Both the position numbers and the translations under genes were made by a program. From Bacilli bacterium (lineage in GTDB: Bacteria > Bacillota_I > Bacilli_A > RF39 > UBA660): a DNA stretch of 64,000 bases. Below, in pieces: positions 46,521-55,909 of the stretch (position 1 is the first letter of the stretch; each line of letters opens with the position of its first letter). The notes under the pieces are model-generated. The model saw only the letters and a program-made list of their open reading frames with translations, was not told the origin of the DNA and did not search any database. The stretch lies in the NCBI GenBank assembly GCA_030531695.1, contig JAUNMV010000001.1, forward strand, positions 9,137 to 73,136, written 5' to 3'.

Positions 46521-47279
46521 TTACATAAAAAATGTGCGCATAATACTATATTTTTTATATAATAGTCTCATATCTTCGTAGTTTATAGAAAAATCAGTAC
46601 CTCTATCATGTATTTGTCCAACTTTCATACCATTTCTAAATACACCTACTTTAAACGTAATAGTTATAATACCTTTCTCAATCAATTTAATAAATAATTT
46701 ATAATCACGTAACTTAAAAAAACTGATCTTATTATAATGAAAATACTCAACTCCACTAATAACTTTAGAAGATGCCTCAACAACAGCTAAATATTGCAGT
46801 TTATTTTGTAAACGTTCCTTACTCATATCAAAAGACCATGAGATGGCTAAATCTATATTTTTTTCATATTTAATCCCCAACAACACTATTTTCTCATTTT
46901 CATAGTCAACTTTAATTTTCATTTTCTTATAGAACCCAATTTGCGTATAATCCTTAGTATTTACAGATACATTCAAAATTTTTACCTTCGGAAATTCTTT
47001 ATCAGGATAACCCATATCATCTACTAATCTTTTAATTGGCAATAAGAAGTCTCCATCAGGAGTAGCATTAAATAGATGGATTTTTCTCTTACTAAACCTA
47101 TGCATAGCTTTTATTTCTATATCTCCATAATCTGCAATGGGTAAATTATCCTCTTGTTTATTAATTAAAGTTTCAAAAGTATATCCTATTCCTGTAACAC
47201 CATCTCGCATACTTTTGACATATCCCAGCTTCTTTATTTTCACAAATACTCTATATAAATCTATGATATTTTTACTCAT
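46521..47279 (-). CDS. MvaI/BcnI-family (MutH-like fold) restriction endonuclease-like protein
   Basis: KKLGYVKSMRDGVTGIGYTFETLINKQEDNLPIADYGDIEIKAM and the C-terminal GQIHDRGTDF resemble my recollection of BcnI/MvaI (D...E-x-K core DIEIK). No methyltransferase gene is adjacent. Confidence 0.55.
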   Translation of the reverse strand: MSKNIIDLYRVFVKIKKLGYVKSMRDGVTGIGYTFETLINKQEDNLPIADYGDIEIKAMHRFSKRKIHLFNATPDGDFLLPIKRLVDDMGYPDKEFPKVKILNVSVNTKDYTQIGFYKKMKIKVDYENEKIVLLGIKYEKNIDLAISWSFDMSKERLQNKLQYLAVVEASSKVISGVEYFHYNKISFFKLRDYKLFIKLIEKGIITITFKVGVFRNGMKVGQIHDRGTDFSINYEDMRLLYKKYSIMRTFFM

Positions 47280-47391
47280 ATAATCACCTCAATATTTATT
47301 ATTAATAATATTAAGGTTTACACTAAAATTATTTTTTACTTTTTTTATTTTTATTAAATGATATAATATAGTGATGAACGATGGTGATATA

Positions 47392-49254
47392 ATGCTACTA
47401 GAAAAAGTAAACAATACAGAAGACTTAAAAAAATTAAAAATAAAAGAAAAAAAGCAATTAGCACAAGAAATAAGAGAATATATTATTGATGTAGTTTCTA
47501 AAAATGGAGGTCATTTAGCATCTAATTTAGGAGTTGTTGAATTAACTTTAGCTTTAGAAAGCGTATTCGACGTAGAAAAAGATAAAATAGTTTGGGATGT
47601 AGGACATCAGTGTTATACTCATAAGATACTAAATGGTAGAAAAGAAAAGCTGAAAACACTGAGACAATTAAATGGTATATCAGGATTTCCTAAAACAAAT
47701 GAATCAAATACAGATTGTTTTAATACTGGACATAGCTCAACATCAATATCTGCAGCTATGGGACTAGCCAAAGCCAGAGATTTAAATAACGATAATTATT
47801 CAGTAGTCGCTGTAATTGGTGACGGTGCATTAACAGGCGGAATGGCACTAGAAGCCTTAAACCATGTTGGCTATACAAAAACAAAGTTAATAATAATTCT
47901 TAATGATAATGAAATGAGTATTTCTCAAAATTCAAGTGGTATGAATAAGTTATTAACTAAGTTGAGAAGTAAGAAGAAATATAGAAAATCAAATGAATAT
48001 GGCAAACGAGTAATTAATAGTATTCCATTAATTGGAAAAGAAACAGTTAAAATAGTAGGAAAAGGAAAAAAAGCCATAAAACAATTAATACTACCTGGAA
48101 TGTATTTTGAGGAAATAGGTATAAACTATTTAGGTCCAGTAGATGGTCATAATATATCTGATTTAGAGAGTATTTTAAAAAGAGCAAAAAATTTTGAAGA
48201 ACCTGTTTTGATACATGTAAAAACAATCAAAGGTAAAGGCTATGCTCCAGCAGAGAATAATCCAACTAAATTTCATGGAATAGGAAAATTTGATAAAGCA
48301 ACTGGAGAAACATTATCTAAGTCATCTACAAACTACTCAAAAGTATTTGGTAATAAATTAGTAGAAATGGCTAAAGATAACGTAAGAATAGTTGGCATAA
48401 CAGCTGCTATGAAAGATGGCGTAGGCTTAACTGAATTTGCAAAGCAATATCCAGATAGATTTTTTGATGTAGGCATAGCAGAACAACATGCGATTACTTT
48501 CGCAGCTGGATTAGCACAAAATGGAATGATACCATTTGTAAGTATTTATTCGTCTTTTTATCAAAGAGCTTATGATCAAGTTATACATGATGTTTGTACA
48601 CAAAATCTTCCAGTCATAATGTGTGTAGATAGGGCTGGAATAGTGGGAAATGACGGTGAAACACACCAAGGGGTATATGATATAGCATTCTTTAAAAACG
48701 TCCCAAATTTAACGATTATGGCCCCAAAAAACTATAAAGAATTAGAGCAAATGATGGAATATGCAGTTAAGTTAGAATCTCCTGTTGTAATTAGATATCC
48801 AAGAGGAGAAGAAAGTAAAACAATAATAAGACAAAATAAAAAAATATCATTAGGAAAAGTAGAAATTATTAGAGAAGGAACTGATATTTCTATAATAGCA
48901 ATAGGTAACAAAGTTGCAAATGCCATCGAAATTTCTGATAGATTAAAGAAAAAAAATATCTCATGTGAAATAATAAATGTAAGATTTATCAAACCATTAG
49001 ATACAAAAGAAATAATAAAATCAATTAATAAAACTAAAAACGTTATTACGATAGAGGATGGAACCATAATAGGTGGATTAGGTTCAACAATAAAAGAAAC
49101 AATAGTAGATAATGAACTAAATGATATAAAAATAAAATGTTTTGCTTATCCAGATAAGTTTATTACACACGGTACAAATAAAGAATTAGAATCAAAGTAT
49201 AAAGTAGATAATGAAACAATAATAAAAACAATAGTAAAAATGAAAAAGAGCTAA
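47392..49254 (+). CDS. dxs: 1-deoxy-D-xylulose-5-phosphate synthase
   Basis: GHSSTSISAAMG, GDGALTGGMALEALN and IAEQHA motifs. Start at MLLEKVNN. Confidence 0.9.
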   Translation: MLLEKVNNTEDLKKLKIKEKKQLAQEIREYIIDVVSKNGGHLASNLGVVELTLALESVFDVEKDKIVWDVGHQCYTHKILNGRKEKLKTLRQLNGISGFPKTNESNTDCFNTGHSSTSISAAMGLAKARDLNNDNYSVVAVIGDGALTGGMALEALNHVGYTKTKLIIILNDNEMSISQNSSGMNKLLTKLRSKKKYRKSNEYGKRVINSIPLIGKETVKIVGKGKKAIKQLILPGMYFEEIGINYLGPVDGHNISDLESILKRAKNFEEPVLIHVKTIKGKGYAPAENNPTKFHGIGKFDKATGETLSKSSTNYSKVFGNKLVEMAKDNVRIVGITAAMKDGVGLTEFAKQYPDRFFDVGIAEQHAITFAAGLAQNGMIPFVSIYSSFYQRAYDQVIHDVCTQNLPVIMCVDRAGIVGNDGETHQGVYDIAFFKNVPNLTIMAPKNYKELEQMMEYAVKLESPVVIRYPRGEESKTIIRQNKKISLGKVEIIREGTDISIIAIGNKVANAIEISDRLKKKNISCEIINVRFIKPLDTKEIIKSINKTKNVITIEDGTIIGGLGSTIKETIVDNELNDIKIKCFAYPDKFITHGTNKELESKYKVDNETIIKTIVKMKKS

Positions 49255-49272
49255 ATTAATAGCTCTTTTTTT
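49243..49272. terminator. Bidirectional terminator between dxs and proS
   Basis: agagct/agctct hairpin flanked by an A run and a T run. Confidence 0.55.
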
Positions 49273-50710
49273 AATAAGATATAGCCCAAATTACCATATC
49301 TTTAGCATCTTTTCCACAACAAACACATTTGTCTGAGATATGTTCTTGATTAAAAGGAATACATCTAGAACCATATCCATTAGTTCTATTTTTAATTTCT
49401 TCCTCACATTTTTCATCTCCACACCACATTGCTTTAATGAATCCTTTGTGATTTTTATCTATATCAATCATTTCCTCAATAGTAGTAGCAGGACGAATAT
49501 TATTATCTAGTAAATTTTTAGCTTTTTCAAACATCTCGCTTTGCATTTTTTCTAATATCTCATTTATTGATTCAGTAAGATTATCAATACTGATAGTTAT
49601 TTTTTCACCATTATCACGTCTAGTAATAACAACTTGATTGTTTTCTATATCTCTAGGACCTATTTCTAAACGAAGTGGTATACCTAAAACCTCTTGTTGA
49701 GCAAATTTAAATCCTGGAGTTTTATCTGAATCATCTATTTTAACTCTAAAATTATTATCCTTAAGCTCTTTTAAAATAGAATTAGCTTTATCAAGAACTC
49801 CATCTTTATGTTGAGCAATAGGTATAATCATTATTTGAGTTGGTGCAATCTTAGGAGGTAATACTAATCCATTATCATCACCATGTACCATTATCAAAGC
49901 TCCAATAATTCTAGTAGATAATCCCCAAGAGGTTTCATAGGCACTATGAAGTTTATTCTCTTTATCCAAGTACTTAATATCGAAAGAGTCTGGGAAACCA
50001 CTTCCAAAGAAATGACTTGTACCAGATTGTAATGCTTTACCATCTTTCATCATTGATTCAATAGTATAAGTAGCTTCAGCTCCTGCAAATTTTTCACTTT
50101 CAGTCTTTTGCCCTTTAATTAGAGGAATAGCTAAATCATTAGTAACAAAATCATAATAAATATCTAACATTAATTTAGTTCTTTCTTCTGCTTCCTCAGG
50201 AGTAGCATGTAAAGTATGTCCTTCTTGCCATAAAAACTCTCTACTACGTAAGAATGGTCTAGTAGTTTTTTCCCATCTTAAAACTGAATTCCATTGATTC
50301 CATATTAAAGGTAAATCTCTGTAAGATTTAACCATATGTTGCCAAATATCACAAAAAAGTGTTTCTGAAGTTGGTCTAATACATAATTTTTCTTCAAGTT
50401 CAGCACCACCACCATGAGTAACAGTAGCAACTTCAGGAGCAAATCCTTCTATATGATCCTTTTCTTTTTGAAGAAGTGATTCAGGAATTAATACGGGTAA
50501 ATATACATTTTCAACTCCAGTTTCTTTAAATTTTTTATCTAGTGAGTTCTTAATATTTTCCCATATTGCATAGCCATTCGGTAGATAATTTAAACATCCT
50601 TTTACACTAGAATATTCACAAAGTTTAGCTTCTCGTACAACATCTGTATACCAAGAGGCAAAATCATCACTTTGTGAAGTAATTGATTTAACTGTTTTAT
50701 TATTTTCCAT
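49271..50710 (-). CDS. proS: Proline--tRNA ligase (archaeal/eukaryote-like type without the INS editing domain)
   Basis: ~480 aa class II core and a C-terminal Cys-containing domain ending ...WAISY. Start at MENNK after AAAGGAG. Confidence 0.85.
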   Translation of the reverse strand: MENNKTVKSITSQSDDFASWYTDVVREAKLCEYSSVKGCLNYLPNGYAIWENIKNSLDKKFKETGVENVYLPVLIPESLLQKEKDHIEGFAPEVATVTHGGGAELEEKLCIRPTSETLFCDIWQHMVKSYRDLPLIWNQWNSVLRWEKTTRPFLRSREFLWQEGHTLHATPEEAEERTKLMLDIYYDFVTNDLAIPLIKGQKTESEKFAGAEATYTIESMMKDGKALQSGTSHFFGSGFPDSFDIKYLDKENKLHSAYETSWGLSTRIIGALIMVHGDDNGLVLPPKIAPTQIMIIPIAQHKDGVLDKANSILKELKDNNFRVKIDDSDKTPGFKFAQQEVLGIPLRLEIGPRDIENNQVVITRRDNGEKITISIDNLTESINEILEKMQSEMFEKAKNLLDNNIRPATTIEEMIDIDKNHKGFIKAMWCGDEKCEEEIKNRTNGYGSRCIPFNQEHISDKCVCCGKDAKDMVIWAISY

Positions 50711-50788
50711 ATCAATATCTCCTTTCACAGTTGACATTATTATAACATGATAAGTATAAAATAGACATATAATCTTATAGGTGAGTCT

Positions 50789-51853
50789 ATGAAAAAATTA
50801 TTTATAATTCTATTTGCATTTATGATTTTAATTCCAATAAAAGTACAAGCTGCCTCAGAAATAATAGTAATGGATATTGATAGCGGTAGAGTGATATTTG
50901 AAAGTAATTCCAATGAAAAAAGATTAATTGCATCAATAACTAAAATAATGACAGCAATAGTAACAATAGAAAACATAGATATAAACAAAACAATAATAGT
51001 AGGCGATGAAGTATTAAAGTCATATGGAACAAACACCTATATCTCAGTAGGAGAAAAGTTAAGAATAAAAGATTTACTATATGGATTACTATTAAGAAGT
51101 GGTAATGATGCTGCGTTAACTCTCTCATATAGTATTGATAATAATCCATCTACATTTATTGAAAAGATGAATTCAAAAGCAAAAGAAATAGGAATGAATA
51201 ATACATATTTTGAAAATCCCCACGGATTAGATGAAGAAACTAAAAATTATTCAACAGCACATGATATGGCATTACTTTCTAAATATGCCATGAATAATAA
51301 AATATATAGAAGTATAGTAGAAACAAAGAAATATAGTATAAAAACTAATTATAAGTCATATGTATGGTTTAATAGAAATAAATTACTAACAACATATAAG
51401 TATTGCACTGGTGGAAAAAATGGATATACTCCCAAAGCTGGAAAGACACTTGTTTCAACAGCAAGTAAAGACCAATTAAATCTAACAATAGTTACTTTAA
51501 ATGATCCGGATATATATGAAACACATGAATCACTATACAATTATTACTTTTCCAAATATAAAAACTATACAATATTAGATAAAGATGATTTGAAATTAGA
51601 CAAAAGTATAATTGATAATGATGTATATATAGATGAATCATTTATATATCCACTAAAAGAAGATGAAATTAGCAAGATAAAAACAAATATTAAAATAATA
51701 GATAAGAATAGTAACAGGATAGGAATTATATACGTTTATCTCGATGGTGATTTAATTGGAAAAAGAAATCTATATGTAAAAAAGCATTCAACAAAAAAGA
51801 AAGAACAATCGTTCTTTCAAATTATTAAGAATTTGACAACCTATAAAAATTAA
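50789..51853 (+). CDS. D-alanyl-D-alanine carboxypeptidase (S11 family, DacB/DacF-like)
   Basis: Signal peptide, SxxK (ASITKIM), SGN (RSGND), and a KTG-like GGKNGYT. Confidence 0.8.
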   Translation: MKKLFIILFAFMILIPIKVQAASEIIVMDIDSGRVIFESNSNEKRLIASITKIMTAIVTIENIDINKTIIVGDEVLKSYGTNTYISVGEKLRIKDLLYGLLLRSGNDAALTLSYSIDNNPSTFIEKMNSKAKEIGMNNTYFENPHGLDEETKNYSTAHDMALLSKYAMNNKIYRSIVETKKYSIKTNYKSYVWFNRNKLLTTYKYCTGGKNGYTPKAGKTLVSTASKDQLNLTIVTLNDPDIYETHESLYNYYFSKYKNYTILDKDDLKLDKSIIDNDVYIDESFIYPLKEDEISKIKTNIKIIDKNSNRIGIIYVYLDGDLIGKRNLYVKKHSTKKKEQSFFQIIKNLTTYKN

Positions 51854-52742
51854 TGCTAGGTCTACAAAATAATCTAATACCATTATCTTGAGTGCCAATA
51901 CCACTAGATATATATAGTTTAGAATTATTTATTTTATAATATGCTTGATCATATTTCTTAGCGCCATTTCTTTTAGTCACAGAACCAATAAAAGGAATTC
52001 TGACATTACCATTATGAGAATGTCCCGCTAATAGTAAATCCATTTGATGTATATTTAATATATCATCAGTAGAATCTGGTTCATGTAATAATCCAATAGA
52101 GTAAATATTAGTATTTGCAAAATCTAAATTATAATAATCTAAAGCTTTATTTATATCTATAGTATTATTTAAACTTGAAGAAAAACCTGTTATTAATAAT
52201 GCATCATTTGTCTTATTATAGACTAAGTCATATTCATTATTTAAAACTACAAAATTGCATTGATTCATGATAGTAGAGTAATTATCTTTATCTTCATCAC
52301 CAATAATTGCATATTTACCCAAAGGAGAATCAATCTTTTGTAATTCGGTAATTAAAGATTCTTGCTCTTTATTATCAAGCTCAATACTTTTATCAATTAA
52401 GTCACCAGTAAAAACTACAATATCCGGTTTTCTCTTATTGATGAGTGTAACAACTTCTTTAACTTTATCTTTATCAATATTACTACCATAATGTAAATCA
52501 GAAAAATGTATTATTTTTAATCCATTAAAACTAATAGGAATCTTTGTATTTGTAATTCGCTCCTCATTAACAACTATTTTTACAGTTGAAACATTTTCTG
52601 CATAAAAGAAGAATGCATATAAAAAGATAATTAATATTACAGTATATTTAACAATCTTTTTAATCACCTTTTTACGTGCCTTACGATTTTCTTCTTTTAA
52701 TATTTCTTCTTGCTTATCTTCATTTAGTTCTTCTCTAGTCAT
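51825..52742 (-). CDS. Membrane-anchored metallophosphoesterase (YkuE/calcineurin-like)
   Basis: HFSDLHYG, FTGDLID and AGHSHNG motifs. Confidence 0.75.
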   Translation of the reverse strand: MTREELNEDKQEEILKEENRKARKKVIKKIVKYTVILIIFLYAFFFYAENVSTVKIVVNEERITNTKIPISFNGLKIIHFSDLHYGSNIDKDKVKEVVTLINKRKPDIVVFTGDLIDKSIELDNKEQESLITELQKIDSPLGKYAIIGDEDKDNYSTIMNQCNFVVLNNEYDLVYNKTNDALLITGFSSSLNNTIDINKALDYYNLDFANTNIYSIGLLHEPDSTDDILNIHQMDLLLAGHSHNGNVRIPFIGSVTKRNGAKKYDQAYYKINNSKLYISSGIGTQDNGIRLFCRPSINFYRLSNS

Positions 52743-52850
52743 CTAGTATCACCAATTATATTTTATCAAAAACTTGATTAACTTACTAGATAACATTATT
52801 TATATTTACGAAATTTATAAAATTTGATAAGATAACATCGGGTGGTTAAA

Positions 52851-54239
52851 ATGAAATATGATGTTGTAATTATAGGAGCAGGTCCAGCAGGACTATTCAC
52901 TGCTTATGAATTAATAACAAAGAATAAGAAATTAAAAATAGCATTAATGGACAAAGGAAAAAAAGTATCAGGAAGATTTTGCCCAATGAACAAAAACAAG
53001 ACAGCATGTGCAAACTGTAATCCATGTAGAATTCTGTCTGGATATGGTGGAGCTGGTACATTTTCTGATGGTAAATTAAACTTTATTCCTAAATTAGGAA
53101 AAAGTGATCTATTTAAGTATATGTCTGAATCTGAAGCATATAAACTTATAGATGAAACTGAAGAAATATTTACTAAGTTCAAGATGGATGCTGAAGTTTA
53201 CCCATCTAATATGAAAGAAGCAGAAGAAATAAAGAGTAAAGTTGCTATTGAAGGTGCAAGATTATTACTAATTAAGCAAAAGCACTTAGGTAGTGATCAT
53301 TTACCAGAATACATAGAAGGTTTATCTAAATTCTTAGAAGATAATGGTGTTGATTTATATGAAAATACTGATGTATCAGATATAGTATCAACATCTAATA
53401 AATATAAGTATGATGTTATTTATAATAAAAAAGAAAAATTATCTGCAAAAAAAGTAGTAGTAGCACCAGGAAGAACTGGAGCTAAATGGATACAAGAATT
53501 AGCTGATAAATACAAGATACCATACTTATCACAATCTATAGAAATAGGTGTAAGAGTAGAAGTAAGAAAAGAAATACTAGAAACAATTACAAATATAATA
53601 TATGATCCTACTATTTTTATAAAAACAGATACTTATGGAGATGAAATAAGAACATTCTGTACAAACCCAGGAGGATTTGTAGCTAAAGAAAATTACTATG
53701 GATATATATGCGTAAATGGACATGCACTAAAAGATATTAAATCAAATAACTCTAATTTTGCATTTATAAGTAGAGTAAATCTAACAGAACCTGTAACTAA
53801 CACAAGAGAATATGGAGAAAGTATCGCAAAGATTGCTAATGTATTAGGTGATTCAAAGCCAATTATTCAATCACTAAAAGATTTAAGAAAAGGAAGAAGA
53901 TCTAACTGGGATAGAATTAATAAAGGATTTATTGAGCCAACATTAAAAGATTGTGTTGCAGGAGATTTGGCCTTAGTATTACCACATAGAATTATTACAA
54001 ATATCCTAGAGGGACTAGAAAAGCTAGATAAGATAATCCCAGGAGTTAATAATGATGAAACTTTATTATATGGTCCAGAAATAAAATTTTTCTCAAATGA
54101 AATAACAACAAACAATAAGTTTAAACTAGAAAATGAAGATATCTATTTCATAGGAGATGGAGCAGGTAAAGCAGGTAATATAGTAGTAGCTGCTGCAACA
54201 GGTCTAGTAGCTGCTAGAGATATTTTAGGGGAAAAGTAA
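52851..54239 (+). CDS. FAD-dependent oxidoreductase (COG2509-like)
   Basis: Dinucleotide-binding motif YDVVIIGAGPAGL and C-terminal GDGAGKAGNIV. Confidence 0.65.
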   Translation: MKYDVVIIGAGPAGLFTAYELITKNKKLKIALMDKGKKVSGRFCPMNKNKTACANCNPCRILSGYGGAGTFSDGKLNFIPKLGKSDLFKYMSESEAYKLIDETEEIFTKFKMDAEVYPSNMKEAEEIKSKVAIEGARLLLIKQKHLGSDHLPEYIEGLSKFLEDNGVDLYENTDVSDIVSTSNKYKYDVIYNKKEKLSAKKVVVAPGRTGAKWIQELADKYKIPYLSQSIEIGVRVEVRKEILETITNIIYDPTIFIKTDTYGDEIRTFCTNPGGFVAKENYYGYICVNGHALKDIKSNNSNFAFISRVNLTEPVTNTREYGESIAKIANVLGDSKPIIQSLKDLRKGRRSNWDRINKGFIEPTLKDCVAGDLALVLPHRIITNILEGLEKLDKIIPGVNNDETLLYGPEIKFFSNEITTNNKFKLENEDIYFIGDGAGKAGNIVVAAATGLVAARDILGEK

Positions 54240-54240
54240 T

Positions 54241-54939
54241 ATGAAGAAAAATATAATTTTTATAGGAATTGCAGTATTAATAATCATAGTATTATTTGTT
54301 TTATCAGAAAATGTAAAGCCAAAAACTGTAAGAATGGAAGAAAATTTATTGGATATAGATTATGAAATAAAAGGTAATGAAACATCATTAAAATATGATA
54401 CTAATAATCCAGTTGTTGCTATGTATATAGAGAATTATGGTTCTATAGTAATGGAACTATATCCAGACTATGCACCAAATACAGTAAATAACTTTATATC
54501 GCTAGTAAAAAATGGCTTCTATGATAATAATTATTTTCATAGATTAGATAAAAATTCTGTTCATGTACTTCAAGGTGGAGATCCTAATGGACAAGGTTCA
54601 GGCGGACCAGGGTATAGTATAAAAGGTGAATTTACAGAAAATGGTTTTGAAAATAATTTGTCACATACAAAAGGAATAGTATCAATGGCCAGAAGTTTAG
54701 ATTATGATTCTGCAGGAAGTCAATTCTTTATATGTATAGATGATACAAAACAATTAGATGGAAATTATGCAGCATTTGGTAGAGTAATTGCTGGATGGGA
54801 TAACATAGAAAGAATAATTGAAAATGAAAGAGTAAAAGATGAAGATACAGGCAAATTATTTAAAAATCTAGTTATAAAGAAAGCAGTAGTAGATTTAAAA
54901 GGAAATGATTATCCAGAACCAGAAAAAGTTGGCGACTAA
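54241..54939 (+). CDS. Membrane-anchored cyclophilin-type peptidyl-prolyl isomerase
   Basis: FHRLDKN..LQGGDP.G.G.GGPGY and SMARS...AGSQFFI motifs. Confidence 0.85.
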   Translation: MKKNIIFIGIAVLIIIVLFVLSENVKPKTVRMEENLLDIDYEIKGNETSLKYDTNNPVVAMYIENYGSIVMELYPDYAPNTVNNFISLVKNGFYDNNYFHRLDKNSVHVLQGGDPNGQGSGGPGYSIKGEFTENGFENNLSHTKGIVSMARSLDYDSAGSQFFICIDDTKQLDGNYAAFGRVIAGWDNIERIIENERVKDEDTGKLFKNLVIKKAVVDLKGNDYPEPEKVGD

Positions 54940-54950
54940 ACCAACTTTTT

Positions 54951-55502
54951 TTATTTTTCTATATATTCTAGCTTTTCATCTGGTTTTAAAGATACTCTTA
55001 ATACTTTTTGATGTTTTTCTTCTAATTGTCTATATTTAACTCCACAATTATTGAATAATATTTTAGCTGCAGTATTTTCCTCTGTACCATTATATTTATC
55101 TGATAGGTAAACAACTTCCTTTATACCTGATTGAATAATTGCCTTAGCACACTCATTACAAGGGAATAAATCAACATATATTTTAGCTCCTACCAAGTCT
55201 TTTCTACTTCCAGGAAAGTTTAATATTGAATTTAATTCTGCATGACATACATAAGGATATTTAGTATCATTTAGTTTTTCTCCCTCTCTATTCCAAGGGA
55301 AGTTATTATCATCAAAGTGGTTTGGTGCTCCGTTATAACCTATAGAAAGAATTCTATTGTCTTGACCTACAATACAAGCACCTACTTGAGTAGATGGGTC
55401 CTTACTTCTTCCAGCAGCTAACTTCGCAATACCTATGAAAAATTCATCCCAACTTAAAGCATCTTTTCTTTTATTACCAAGAATATTTTTATCTAATTCC
55501 AT
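54951..55502 (-). CDS. dCMP deaminase (ComEB-like)
   Basis: Zinc motifs CHAELN and PCNECAKAI. Confidence 0.85.
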   Translation of the reverse strand: MELDKNILGNKRKDALSWDEFFIGIAKLAAGRSKDPSTQVGACIVGQDNRILSIGYNGAPNHFDDNNFPWNREGEKLNDTKYPYVCHAELNSILNFPGSRKDLVGAKIYVDLFPCNECAKAIIQSGIKEVVYLSDKYNGTEENTAAKILFNNCGVKYRQLEEKHQKVLRVSLKPDEKLEYIEK

Positions 55503-55554
55503 ATAATCCTCCTAATAAAATTCTATCATAATAATTACTAAAATAAATAAGATA

Positions 55555-55583
55555 TTGAAAAATAAAAGAAATTGTAGTATAAT
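55555..55583 (+). promoter_or_regulatory. Promoter of the valS T-box leader
   Basis: TTGAAA, 17-nt spacer, TATAAT. Confidence 0.55.
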
Positions 55584-55589
55584 TAGCTC

Positions 55590-55812
55590 ATATCGCGAGG
55601 AATCTGAGGAGTATGTAAGATGCCTTTATAGAGAGTTTCTGGCTAGGTGGAAAGAAACAAGGATAATTACAGAAGGTAGCAGAGGAGCAGAATTATTGAA
55701 ACTAAGTAAGTAATTCCGGTTAATACCGTTATAAGTATAGAGATATCTAATTAGATATGAAATAAGGTGGTACCATGAGTTTATCTCATCCTTTGGTTAC
55801 CATCTTTTTTTG
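55590..55812 (+). promoter_or_regulatory. T-box riboswitch leader, apparent Val (GUA) specifier, controlling valS
   Basis: AGAGAG box, GGTGGAA motif, specifier context GAAGGUAG-CAGA pairing with the 5' UCUG, T-box AATAAGGTGGTACCATGAG, and a terminator followed by T8. Confidence 0.75.
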
Positions 55813-55909
55813 TTTTAGGAGTGATAATATGAAATTTAGATTTAAGGGTGATTATGTACGAGTCTAACGTTATTAATAAAAAAATAAATAATAGAAAGAA
55901 GGAGAAATA

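Noticed and set aside
55829-55864. 11-codon ORF (MKFRFKGDYVRV) with an SD between the valS T-box terminator and valS
   Set aside because: It is too short and unsupported. Such ORFs arise by chance in AT-rich spacers, so it is only mentioned under the valS T-box finding.
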